From: Truepera sp.
GTDB taxonomy: Bacteria > Deinococcota > Deinococci > Deinococcales > Trueperaceae
Length of the DNA: 64,000 bases
Direction: 5' to 3'
NCBI GenBank assembly: GCA_965218435.1
Contig: CBDCKW010000009.1
Location: 2,720,001 to 2,784,000, forward strand
The notes below the pieces were generated by a model that had not been told where the DNA came from, did not search any database, and saw nothing but the letters and a program-made list of their open reading frames with translations. The position numbers were made by a program, and so were the translations under genes. This document shows positions 9,919 through 18,565 of this stretch, piece by piece; the first letter of the stretch is position 1, and each line of letters begins with the position of its first letter.

Positions 9919-10332
9919 TCAGTCTGATTTGACAGGTCTTATCTTCCCTTGACAGCGGCCCCAGTTCAGCGCCTGCTCGGTTGTCCCCAGCCAGATGTCG
10001 AGATGATTTTTAAGACGGGCGTTCATCGTGTCGGCTACGGTCAGCGGCGTTTCCGGTACCCAGCCGCCACAACCGTCACCGGAAACTGCGATAATCTCAA
10101 CCTCGGAGCCGTAAGGAAGACGCTTTAACAAGTCACGGCTGACCGCCACCGTACCGGGACCGGCAACCGCGCCACTCGCGGTAATAGCAGGCGCGTCATC
10201 GGTTTGGGACGCGCTCGAGCTGTACGCCGTAATGTCAACTGTGAGCGTAGCTGCTTGGGCTAAACTCGAGCCTGACCAACTACTTAAAGCCGTAACTAAA
10301 CACGCGCACCGCAAGTGACTGGAAAACATCAT
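9919..10332 (-). CDS. Secreted 3D-domain (MltA-like/RlpA-like) protein
   Basis: Signal peptide, then [33 protein letters not shown]. Confidence 0.8.
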   Translation of the reverse strand: MMFSSHLRCACLVTALSSWSGSSLAQAATLTVDITAYSSSASQTDDAPAITASGAVAGPGTVAVSRDLLKRLPYGSEVEIIAVSGDGCGGWVPETPLTVADTMNARLKNHLDIWLGTTEQALNWGRCQGKIRPVKSD

Positions 10333-10417
10333 TTGCCGAGCATACCGCGCGTCTATGAAGAGGCAAACAAGCGTCGCCTCGGCGTTTCGGTTCAGCGTTC
10401 GGGTTAGAGTAACGCTT

Positions 10418-11059
10418 ATGCCGTTTTACCCTTTTCGCGGAGGCTTTTTGGAGATGATCGTCGGTCCGATGTTTTCGGGCAAATCCGAAGAACTCATACG
10501 CCGCACCACTCGAGCCTTTATCGCTAAACAGCACGTGCAGGTCTTTAAGCCTGCCCTAGACACCCGTTACGACGATCTACATGAAGGCGTCGCCGTCGCC
10601 TCGCATAATGGCCGGACACTTGACGCGCTGGCCGTTTCAGATGTGACGCAGTTGCGGGAGGGGCTCGAGCCCGGTGTCCAGGTCGTCGCTATAGATGAAG
10701 GCCAGTTTTTATCCCACGATCTCGTAGCGTTCGCCGCCGATCTCGCCGAGTCGGGCGTCCGCGTGGTCATTGCCGGACTCGACCTCGACTTTCGCGGGGA
10801 GCCGTTCGGCCCGATTCCTGAACTTTTGGCCCGCGCCGAATCGGTCACAAAACTCACCGCCGTCTGTGTGCGTTGTGGGGCCGCCGCCACCCGAACGCAA
10901 AGGCTGATCGGTGGGCATCCAGCGCATTTTGACGACCCGGTGATTTTAGTCGGGGCTGCCGAGAGCTACGAGCCGCGCTGCCGCGAATGTCATACGGTGC
11001 CGCGCAAAGAGCGGGCGACGCCATTATTCACGAAAGAGGCGCGAACTGTAAAAAGGTAA
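10418..11059 (+). CDS. tdk: Thymidine kinase (TK1 type)
   Basis: [29 protein letters not shown], CxxC..YEPRCREC. Start set at ATG 10418, with TAGAGT 7 nt upstream. Confidence 0.95.
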   Translation: MPFYPFRGGFLEMIVGPMFSGKSEELIRRTTRAFIAKQHVQVFKPALDTRYDDLHEGVAVASHNGRTLDALAVSDVTQLREGLEPGVQVVAIDEGQFLSHDLVAFAADLAESGVRVVIAGLDLDFRGEPFGPIPELLARAESVTKLTAVCVRCGAAATRTQRLIGGHPAHFDDPVILVGAAESYEPRCRECHTVPRKERATPLFTKEARTVKR

Positions 11060-11087
11060 CTTTAATTGGAAAGGTTACTATACTGAC

Positions 11088-11729
11088 ATGGCTAACGGTT
11101 TGGAACATAGGCAAGAGCAGCGTTATGCGGTACTCAGACATATGTACGATGTTGCAGTTGAGGGTGCAAACAATCCCAGCAAGGAATTTTATGAGAATGA
11201 CGTTGCAAAGGGATTAGGTTACCCTACACAGGATGTTAAATCGGCCTTGAGTTATCTCAAAGGCAAAAATCTTGTGGAAGTTGCCCAAATATATCACGGC
11301 CCTAGAATGAGTTACAGACTAACCCACTGGGGTATCGAAGAAATTGAGCAGTCGCTGCAAGAGCCAAAGGAACGCACCGAACATTTTCCATTTCAGATCA
11401 TCCAAAACTTCAATGCCACGGTCGGCGCTGTTCAAACAGGCACACAATCTACGGCCAATATCACCCAAAACATCGGCGTTGACTTGTCTGACGTATTCAT
11501 CCTGCTCGAGCAGCTAAAACCGAAAGTCGTTGAGCTTCCACCAGAGCAGCAAGGAGATGCGCTGGACTCTATAGATGCGCTCGAAGGTGAGCTGAAATCA
11601 CAAGACAAAAGCCCAAGACGTATTAGGGAGTTACTTGAAGGACTCGGAGGAATTGCTCGAGGAACCGTTACATTTGCTTCTCAAGTAGCAGTTTTAGCGC
11701 AACAGCTCAAAAACTTAGGCGTATTTTAA
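11088..11729 (+). CDS. Hypothetical protein (winged-helix-like N-domain, N/Q/T-rich linker, helical C-domain), AT-richer than neighbours
   Basis: 213-aa ORF; YLKGKNLVE..YRLTHWGIEEIE resembles a wHTH wing. Confidence 0.7.
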   Translation: MANGLEHRQEQRYAVLRHMYDVAVEGANNPSKEFYENDVAKGLGYPTQDVKSALSYLKGKNLVEVAQIYHGPRMSYRLTHWGIEEIEQSLQEPKERTEHFPFQIIQNFNATVGAVQTGTQSTANITQNIGVDLSDVFILLEQLKPKVVELPPEQQGDALDSIDALEGELKSQDKSPRRIRELLEGLGGIARGTVTFASQVAVLAQQLKNLGVF

Positions 11730-11774
11730 TCACGGCTGTAATCGGCTCCCATCTCTTGGAAACACCTGCGCAAA
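11730..11774 (-). repeat. Diverged duplicate of the last 45 bp of aspS
   Basis: 39/45 identical to 12507-12551; reads FAQVFPRDGSRLQP* versus FARAFPRDGSRLQP*. Confidence 0.9.
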
Positions 11775-11898
11775 TCATATAAGTAAAAGCACCGTCAAAC
11801 GCTTTCAGTGCTTCATCCGTGGGTTACAGCGGCGTACCAACAGCTAAGGGCTAGTTTGTAGATATCTGGAAAGCACGAGCACGAGCCGAAGGAGCGAT

Positions 11899-12498
11899 AT
11901 GAATTCACCTGACCCCCAGCGTTTGCCGCCGCAGCTACGTTTTATCACCGAAATAGACAAGTTAAAACGCGTCTTACGGCAGACGACACTGATAGACGCC
12001 TCGAGGCGTGAAAACAGCGCCGAGCATTCGTGGCACCTCGCAGTGATGGCGTCGGTACTGCTCGAGTACGCTCCGCCGGAAACCGACCTCACCCATGTTT
12101 TAGAAATGCTTTTACTCCACGATATTGTCGAGATAGATGCCGGAGACACCTTCGCTTATGACGCCGCTGCAAACTTGGATAGAGCTGAACGCGAACAGGC
12201 TGCCGCCACGCGTATCTTTGGGCTTTTACCCGACGATGTAGAGACTCGGCTGCGCGGGCTGTGGGAAGAGTTTGAGGACGGAGCGACCTCCGAGGCCCGG
12301 TTTGCCAACGCCCTCGACCGCTTGCAACCTTTTTTACACAACTACCACACGCAGGGCGGCACATGGCGGGCTCACGGCGTCTCTAAAGCGCAGGTACTCG
12401 AGCGGATGCGCCCGATTGAACAAGGTATACCAGCACTCTGGCCCTACGTTTTGGAACGAATTGACGAGGCGTGCAAGCTTGGCTATATCGCGCCGTAA
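11899..12498 (+). CDS. HD-domain phosphohydrolase (YfbR/HDDC2-like 5'-deoxynucleotidase family)
   Basis: RENSAEHSWH, LLHDIVEIDAGD, ALDRLQP; AAGGAG RBS. Confidence 0.9.
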   Translation: MNSPDPQRLPPQLRFITEIDKLKRVLRQTTLIDASRRENSAEHSWHLAVMASVLLEYAPPETDLTHVLEMLLLHDIVEIDAGDTFAYDAAANLDRAEREQAAATRIFGLLPDDVETRLRGLWEEFEDGATSEARFANALDRLQPFLHNYHTQGGTWRAHGVSKAQVLERMRPIEQGIPALWPYVLERIDEACKLGYIAP

Positions 12499-12506
12499 CA
12501 AGCTGG

Positions 12507-13796
12507 TTACGGCTGCAACCGGCTTCCATCTCTTGGAAACGCCCGCGCAAACCGCACATTCGGAATGTTGAGTAGGAGCGCCGTCAACCGCTCCGCCCCG
12601 AGCGCAAACCCGCCGTGCGGCGGCATCCCGTACTTAAAGACCTCTAAGTAGCCCCGAAACGCTTCCGGGTCCATCTTCCGCGCCTGAAGCTCTTCGACGA
12701 GCATCTTGTAGGTGTGGATACGCTGCCCGCCGGAGCTGATTTCCAGCCCCCGAAAGATGAGGTCAAAGCCCCTGGTTAGGCCGTCTTGAATCGGGTAGGT
12801 ATAAAAGGGCCGCGCGGCTTGCGGATAGTTCGTGACAAAGACAAAATCCGAGCCATGTTCCTCTTTGGCCCAGTGCCCGATCAAGCGTTCGGCTTCGGGA
12901 TCTAGGTCTTTGCCGCCGGTTTGGTGGCCGTAACGTTCTGCTACGAGGTCCCTTGCCTCGAGCAAGGTAATCCGTGGAAACGCTACGCTTACGTCCGGGG
13001 CAGTCGCCTCGAGCAGCGTCAGCTCAGCCGCACACGTCTCAGCGGCGTGCGTCATCATCGTTTTGAGCAGGGTTTCCTCGAGCCCCAGCACCTCGTCTAC
13101 CGACTCGATAAAGCCCATTTCAACGTCCAAAGACAGGTATTCAGACAGGTGCCGCGATGTGTGCGACAGCTCGGCGCGGTAAACGGGCGCGGTTTCAAAC
13201 ACCCGCTCGTACACGCCGACCATAATCTGTTTGTAAAGCTGCGGCGACTGCGCCAGATACGCGCGTTTGCCGTAGTAGTCCACTTCAAAGAGCGCCGCGC
13301 CGCCCTCAGCGCCCGCTGCAACGAGTTTGGGCGTAAAGATTTCGGTAAAGTCTTGTGCAGTCAGCGTATCCCGAAATGAGCGCACCAGCTCAGCTTGCAC
13401 TTTAAGTGCGGCTCTAGCTTTTGGACTCCGCAGCGAAACGTGACGGTACTCGAGCAGCGTGTCCGGGTTGACATTCCACTCTTCTTTGGGGATTTCAATC
13501 GGTGTGGGTTCGGTGGCTTCAGCAATGACCTCGAGCCCGTCAGCCTGAAGCTCCAGACCACCGGGCGCTTTTTTGCTCTCGATCACCTTGCCCGACGCGC
13601 GTACCGACGACTCGGCTAACGGCAGATCAACTTTGCCGAATACGCACTGCACCACGCCGCTGCGGTCGCGGAGCAGCAAAAAACGGATGCCGCCCAGGTC
13701 GCGGCGAGAATGCACCCAGCCCTGCAAGGTGACGTGTTCACCCAAGTGTTCAGGCAAGTTAGCGACTAGCGTGCGCGGTTCAGCGGTGGTGCTCAT
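12507..13796 (-). CDS. aspS: Archaeal-type non-discriminating aspartate--tRNA(Asp/Asn) ligase (AspRS2)
   Basis: 429 aa with no bacterial GAD insertion; LAQSPQLYKQ, GLEISSGGQR, PPHGGFALGAER. It has the His (GWVH) and Pro (KAPGG) residues typical of non-discriminating enzymes. Confidence 0.95.
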   Translation of the reverse strand: MSTTAEPRTLVANLPEHLGEHVTLQGWVHSRRDLGGIRFLLLRDRSGVVQCVFGKVDLPLAESSVRASGKVIESKKAPGGLELQADGLEVIAEATEPTPIEIPKEEWNVNPDTLLEYRHVSLRSPKARAALKVQAELVRSFRDTLTAQDFTEIFTPKLVAAGAEGGAALFEVDYYGKRAYLAQSPQLYKQIMVGVYERVFETAPVYRAELSHTSRHLSEYLSLDVEMGFIESVDEVLGLEETLLKTMMTHAAETCAAELTLLEATAPDVSVAFPRITLLEARDLVAERYGHQTGGKDLDPEAERLIGHWAKEEHGSDFVFVTNYPQAARPFYTYPIQDGLTRGFDLIFRGLEISSGGQRIHTYKMLVEELQARKMDPEAFRGYLEVFKYGMPPHGGFALGAERLTALLLNIPNVRFARAFPRDGSRLQP

Positions 13797-13810
13797 AAGA
13801 CTCCTTCAGC

Positions 13811-13836
13811 AAAAAACCTCGAGGGGTGCTCGAGGT
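13811..13836 (-). terminator. Intrinsic terminator (attenuator) in the aspS leader
   Basis: mRNA ACCUCGAG-CACCC-CUCGAGGU followed by a U-tract, immediately before the GAAGGAG RBS of aspS. Confidence 0.85.
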
Positions 13837-13858
13837 CAGAGGCTACTCAAATAAGTGC

Positions 13859-13906
13859 CTACGCCCCGTACCACCAATTATCGTCGTCAAGGCGCGGGGG
13901 GTTCAT
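13859..13906 (-). CDS. Putative Asp/Asn leader peptide MNPPRLDDDNWWYGA
   Basis: ATG AAC CCC CCG CGC CTT GAC GAC GAT AAT TGG TGG TAC GGG GCG TAG, lying between the promoter and the terminator upstream of aspS. Confidence 0.75.
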   Translation of the reverse strand: MNPPRLDDDNWWYGA

Positions 13907-13913
13907 AGGATGA

Positions 13914-13942
13914 ACTGTAGCATTCACGCGTCCATAGGGCAA
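13914..13942 (-). promoter_or_regulatory. Promoter for leader/aspS (leaderless start)
   Basis: TTGCCC-N17-TACAGT with extended TG; the -10 ends 7 nt before the leader ATG. Confidence 0.7.
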
Positions 13943-14171
13943 CCGCCGAGTCTTCGTCTTCAGCCGAGAAACGTGACAAACACGACCCGTACAAACTCAG
14001 TTGGCAGATCAGGTCAGTGCAGGCCGGTAGAGCAGGTACGTGAGGGCAACGCCCAAGGTCGGATGAAAAAACGCTGTAACGACCCTTTGCTCCAAATAAC
14101 CGCTATGCTCATAGTGTAGACACCAGCCAGGTCTGGCTAAACTGGCAGCCCCGATTTTGAACGGAGTACAG

Positions 14172-15224
14172 GTGGACTTATCCTCGTTGCAACAGCTTCC
14201 CCTCGTAGACTCACACCTCGACTTGGCTGAAAACGTCACCGTGGCCGGACGCGACCTTACCTTAGACGCAAAAGCAATTAGAAGGCTTGAAAAACGCTCA
14301 GAAAATCAGGCGACCGTCTCGCTGCCTGAACTTGAGCGGGGCGGTATCGCCGTCGCCTTTGCAACGGTGACCGCAGGGTTGCAGGCAGGTCCGGGTCTGC
14401 CCCCCGGTCCCCATACGCCCGAAGCGGCTGAGGCGCACGCGCTGTCGCAGATTGAGCTCTACGAAAGCTGGGCGCGGCAAGGGCGCGTCAGGTTGCTGCA
14501 CTCGGTACGTGACCTCGAGCATCACCTCGAGCTGTGGCAGGGCGACCGCAAACCGGGCTTGGTCTTGCTCATGGAAGGCGCTGAGCCTATCGTACAGGTG
14601 AGTGACTTGCCGAGGTGGTGGCGGCGTGGTCTACGGCTGATCGGGCTGACCTGGGCAGACACGCGTTACGGCGCGGGTGTCGGAACAGGCAGCGAGACGT
14701 TCAGACAAGGTGGCCTAACGCCGGAGGGTGTTGCCTTACTCGAACAGATGGCTGAACAGGGATTCGTCTGGGACATCTCGCACTTGGCCGAAGCGGGCGT
14801 ATGGCAAGGGCTCGAGCTGGGCGTCTCCCGCGTTTGCGCGTCCCACGCTAACGCACGTGCGCTGACGCCGACCGACCGGCACCTTAGCGACACAGTTATT
14901 CGCGCAGTTGCCGAGCGGGGCGGCGTGATCGGCGTCGTGCTTTACAACGGGTTTCTCGAGCACCGCTGGGAGCAAGACCGGTCTATCGTCGTAACGCTTA
15001 ACGAGCAGGTCAGGCGGCACGCGGCTTATCTCGCTGAGCTCGTCGGGTGGGAACATCTAGGCGTAGGCTCCGACTTGGACGGTGGTTTAGGCTTAGAAGA
15101 GAGTCCACAAGAGATAGACACGGTAGCTGACCTCTACAAAGTGGGTGAGGTTGTCCCCGCTGAGGCTCGAGCCGGCGTCTTAAGTACCAACTGGCTCGAG
15201 TTTCTCAGAAGATCATTGCCATAG
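14172..15224 (+). CDS. Membrane dipeptidase family (peptidase M19) metallohydrolase
   Basis: DSHLD, MEGAEP, DISH, SHAN and GSDLDG motifs; GGAG before GTG 14172. Confidence 0.9.
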   Translation: MDLSSLQQLPLVDSHLDLAENVTVAGRDLTLDAKAIRRLEKRSENQATVSLPELERGGIAVAFATVTAGLQAGPGLPPGPHTPEAAEAHALSQIELYESWARQGRVRLLHSVRDLEHHLELWQGDRKPGLVLLMEGAEPIVQVSDLPRWWRRGLRLIGLTWADTRYGAGVGTGSETFRQGGLTPEGVALLEQMAEQGFVWDISHLAEAGVWQGLELGVSRVCASHANARALTPTDRHLSDTVIRAVAERGGVIGVVLYNGFLEHRWEQDRSIVVTLNEQVRRHAAYLAELVGWEHLGVGSDLDGGLGLEESPQEIDTVADLYKVGEVVPAEARAGVLSTNWLEFLRRSLP

Positions 15225-15346
15225 CAGCTAGCAGGAGTCTTGATAGCGCGGCAAGTAAATTTGGGCCGAGACGCTCGAGCCTTCTGGAATTTCGTACCTT
15301 CTTATGCTAAGCTGACGCCATTTTATAGCGTCACAGCGGAGAGTTT

Positions 15347-15922
15347 ATGACTTGGCAAAAGCACCTCAAAGTCGGGCTGGTAGTTGCAGCAATCATGGCG
15401 TTAGGCGCGTGTCGTCAGGAAAAGACCGTTCAGCTTCCTCAAGACAATGACGCGCCGGTAACGACGGATAAGACGAGTTATACGCCCGAGCACTTGAACG
15501 ACCACGGCGAGTATGTGAGTTACACCATTAGCGTCAGCTACAAAAACACTACCGCCAAGAGTGTCTACCTCGCTCCTTGCGGCGTAACACCCCCACCGCC
15601 TGACTATCAGCTCGAGCACTACGACGCCGGAAAGTGGACGTTTAATATTCGCCCCACGTGCCGAACGGGGCCGGGAAGAAATCCCATCGCCGCTGAAATT
15701 AAACCCGGTGAAGGTTTTAGTGGTGACTTGGTTATAGACGCCTACACCTCGCGCACCCCTGAAAACTACGGCTATCCCCTTATTGGTACCGATATTGAGG
15801 TAGGCGTCAACCGTGTCGTTTTGGACCTTTTTGCAAGCGTGGACGACGAAGGGGTTGCCGTGGGTGAGTTGTTACCGCCCCTTCAGCGCGTTTCAAACGC
15901 TTTTGTGCTAGAAACACCTTAA
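15347..15922 (+). CDS. Hypothetical lipoprotein (Ig-like fold likely)
   Basis: Lipobox LGAC after a hydrophobic stretch; paired Cys in the mature region. Confidence 0.75.
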   Translation: MTWQKHLKVGLVVAAIMALGACRQEKTVQLPQDNDAPVTTDKTSYTPEHLNDHGEYVSYTISVSYKNTTAKSVYLAPCGVTPPPPDYQLEHYDAGKWTFNIRPTCRTGPGRNPIAAEIKPGEGFSGDLVIDAYTSRTPENYGYPLIGTDIEVGVNRVVLDLFASVDDEGVAVGELLPPLQRVSNAFVLETP

Positions 15923-15961
15923 ACTAGACCCGTTCAACATCACTTAGCACAAAGCAGTTTA

Positions 15962-17218
15962 ATGTTCGCGTTAAGCTGCTTTGTGCTAGCTACCTTTCGC
16001 TCACTCAAACATCCCAACTTCCGCGCCCTCTGGTTGGGCCTCGCGCTTTCCGCGAGTGGCAGCTGGTTACAACTCGTCGGTCAGGGCCTGCTGGTGCTGC
16101 GGTTGTCGGGGGGGTCTGCACTCGCCCTCGGCGCAACGTCGCTGGCTCAGGGACTAGCCTTTTTTATCTTCGTCTTAGCGGGTGGCGTTTTGGCCGACCG
16201 GCTCGAGCCCCGCCGTATCTTATTCGTCACGCAAGGTGCCGCGCTCGTGTTTGCGCTGATCCTCAGCCTTTTGACCGTTTCCGGACTCGTCCGGGTGTGG
16301 TCGGTCGTGCTCTTAGCGTTTTTTAGCAGCGCCGTCTCGAGCTTTGATCAACCTGCTCGGGCCGCCCTCCTTCCAAGGCTCGTCCCTGAAGAAGATTTAG
16401 GAAACGCCGTCGCGCTGCAAACCTTGGCGTTTAATACGGCGGCGACGCTCGGGCCGACGTTGGCGGGCGTATGTATCGCCTGGTTGGGGTTTTCCGGAAC
16501 CTTTTTTCTCAACGCGGTGAGTTTTTTAGGCGTGTTAGCCGCGCTCGTCTGGATGCGCGTCCCCGCTAGAGAGGGTAACGGCGAAGCCTTGGGCCGACTG
16601 TCTCCGGCGGCATTTTTTAGCTCGAGCTTAGAAGGCATCGCCGCCGTTCGGGGCAACGCGATGTTGTCGTTTGCCCTCTCAGCGTACGGCGTCATGCTCT
16701 TAGTCGGGCCGTCAACCTCGTTTTTGCTGCCACTCTTAGCCACCAAAGTGCTCGGTGCCAGCGAAACCCAGCTCGGTTTGATGTTTTCAGCTGCCGGGAT
16801 CGGCGCAATCGGCGGTGCGCTCGTTACCGCGTCTCTCGCCACCGGGGTCAGCAAAGTCCGGTTTCTGTTACTCTGCCTCGCCGTTTGGTCCGGCGCGATG
16901 GTCGGCATCGGGGTGCTCAGAAGCTTTTGGGTGGTGCTGCCCGTTCTTTTCATCTGGGGCGCGGCGCGTAACGCCGTCGGCACGACCGCCAGCGCCATTT
17001 TGCAGCTCAACGTCGCCGACGCGCTGAGAGCGCGGGTGATGAGCCTTAACGCGCTGATCGTTATGGGCGCACGCCCACTCGGAGACTTCGGGTTGGCGCT
17101 CCTTGTGAGCGCGTTTTCGGTCGCCCCGGTCATTTTGGGCGGCGCGGCGATTGTCGGGGTACAGACGGTGTTTTTAACCTTGAGGCGGCACGCGATCACA
17201 AGCGTGGAGCGAAGCTAA
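15962..17218 (+). CDS. MFS transporter (MFS_3/EntS-like)
   Basis: About 12 TM helices; GGVLADRLEPRR motif A; FDQPARAALLPRLV; LRARVMS. Confidence 0.92.
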   Translation: MFALSCFVLATFRSLKHPNFRALWLGLALSASGSWLQLVGQGLLVLRLSGGSALALGATSLAQGLAFFIFVLAGGVLADRLEPRRILFVTQGAALVFALILSLLTVSGLVRVWSVVLLAFFSSAVSSFDQPARAALLPRLVPEEDLGNAVALQTLAFNTAATLGPTLAGVCIAWLGFSGTFFLNAVSFLGVLAALVWMRVPAREGNGEALGRLSPAAFFSSSLEGIAAVRGNAMLSFALSAYGVMLLVGPSTSFLLPLLATKVLGASETQLGLMFSAAGIGAIGGALVTASLATGVSKVRFLLLCLAVWSGAMVGIGVLRSFWVVLPVLFIWGAARNAVGTTASAILQLNVADALRARVMSLNALIVMGARPLGDFGLALLVSAFSVAPVILGGAAIVGVQTVFLTLRRHAITSVERS

Positions 17219-17244
17219 TCGGTCGGCCTCCGGTAAACTGGGCT

Positions 17245-17424
17245 ATGGCGGACGCTCATGAGCTAAAGATAAGCAAAAACGAACACCCTGAGCTGTTCGA
17301 GCAGGTTGAAGAAGCCCTTTGCAGCGGAGAAAGTTCAGTGGTGCTGGGCGATAAGACCTATGAGATTGTAAGCTCGCAAGTATCTTTAGACGCCGACGCC
17401 TCGTTTATTTTGGTCGAGGTTTGA
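17245..17424 (+). CDS. Small acidic hypothetical protein, 59 aa (below the ORF-track cutoff)
   Basis: MADAHELKISKNEHPELFEQVEEALCSGESSVVLGDKTYEIVSSQVSLDADASFILVEV; TAAACT 5 nt upstream of the ATG. Confidence 0.6.
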   Translation: MADAHELKISKNEHPELFEQVEEALCSGESSVVLGDKTYEIVSSQVSLDADASFILVEV

Positions 17425-17532
17425 TTTAGCTTGACGCGTGTCAGCTAACATCTGAACTTGTACCTCGAGGATTTACGTTTAGTGATGATGTTTGTGGATT
17501 GGAATTTCGGTCAGCACTTGCGCTTTCCAAAA

Positions 17533-18177
17533 TTAGCAGAATACGAAAGTCAAAGTGCGGAGCGCAACAAACGACGATCCAAGCGCGGCAAAAAGCAGAT
17601 AGCTGCTTGGCGAAACGGCGTTGGCCTCGAGCCACGTTTGCGTTAGCGACGCGGCTTCGGCGTTGCCGAGCGTGGTGAGGTGCTGCCCGATTTTTTGAGG
17701 CGTCGCTGCCTGAAAGATGTCGCTGGCCGATGCGGAGTAGATACGTTCCGGCAGGACCGCCTCGGCTCCAACACCTTGGACAAAGTTACCAACTTGCGCC
17801 GAAGTCACGTAGGTATAGGAGCGTTTGGGAAAGCCTACATAAGTTTTAGGGTCTAAAAAACGGACATAGAGGTTGAGCAGCACGTAGCTGCGCGCGGCTG
17901 GGCAGTCTGACGTGTGGGGAATGTTGCGGGTCTCGAGCTGCGTTTTTAGCGTGTTAAAAACTTCTTGACGTACGTGCTGACGTATCATAGGAGAAAGGGT
18001 GACGGCTTCGGTCTCGAGCTGAACCGATGAAGCGTCCAGACAAAACGTGACGCCGACGAGTTGCGGCGCGGGCGTGCCGTGGTCGGCCCAAACCGGCGTC
18101 AAACCGGACAAGACCAACAGTCCTAGCACAGTGATGAGCTTAAACAAAAAAGCTCCCAGCCTAAAGCTGAGAGCCAA
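17533..18177 (-). CDS. Hypothetical exported protein with C-terminal membrane anchor
   Basis: Signal peptide (VWA-D) and a C-terminal hydrophobic helix; exact start uncertain. Confidence 0.6.
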   Translation of the reverse strand: MALSFRLGAFLFKLITVLGLLVLSGLTPVWADHGTPAPQLVGVTFCLDASSVQLETEAVTLSPMIRQHVRQEVFNTLKTQLETRNIPHTSDCPAARSYVLLNLYVRFLDPKTYVGFPKRSYTYVTSAQVGNFVQGVGAEAVLPERIYSASASDIFQAATPQKIGQHLTTLGNAEAASLTQTWLEANAVSPSSYLLFAALGSSFVALRTLTFVFC

Positions 18178-18199
18178 AATACCAGACGTTTGCAGCTTG

Positions 18200-18562
18200 T
18201 TAGGCAGCGTCCGTCACGAGTTCGATCAGTGCTTCTTGCGCACCGTCGCCGCGGCGCGTTTCTAAACGGTAGATACGGGTGTAACCACCCGGACGCGTGC
18301 TAAACGAAGGGGCGATTTCGTCCATCAGCTTACGAACGATAACGATGTCGTGAATCTCTTTAAGGACCAGACGCCGCGCGTGCAGGTCGCCGCCTTTAGC
18401 GGTCGTGATCAGTTTTTCGACGTAAGGCCGCAGGTTTTTGGCCTTAGCGACGGTGGTTTTGATTCGGCCGTGGCGAAATAGCGAGGTCGCCTGTGACCGT
18501 GCGAGGGCGGTGCGGTGGCTGCTGCTGCGGCTCAGCTTACGCCCACTAGACATATGTCTCAT
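18200..18562 (-). CDS. rplQ: 50S ribosomal protein bL17
   Basis: MRH..GRKLSR..HR..KTT..KAK..GGYTRI. Confidence 0.98.
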   Translation of the reverse strand: MRHMSSGRKLSRSSSHRTALARSQATSLFRHGRIKTTVAKAKNLRPYVEKLITTAKGGDLHARRLVLKEIHDIVIVRKLMDEIAPSFSTRPGGYTRIYRLETRRGDGAQEALIELVTDAA

Positions 18563-18565
18563 GAC

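Noticed and set aside
13860..13880. T-box riboswitch upstream of aspS (AATTGGTGGTACGGGG resembles the T-box motif)
   Set aside because: The bulge reads UGGUACG rather than UGGNACC, and the predicted transcript has only about 30 nt before it, with no room for a specifier stem I. The leader-peptide model fits better.
13950..14150. SRP RNA or another ncRNA near TCAGGTC (~14009)
   Set aside because: The conserved GGAA tetraloop/AGCAG arrangement and a long stem are absent.
16348..17199. 283-aa antisense ORF over the MFS gene, and similar shadow ORFs across secA, the ribosomal genes and act
   Set aside because: These are typical GC-driven antisense frames of real genes, with no recognisable motifs.
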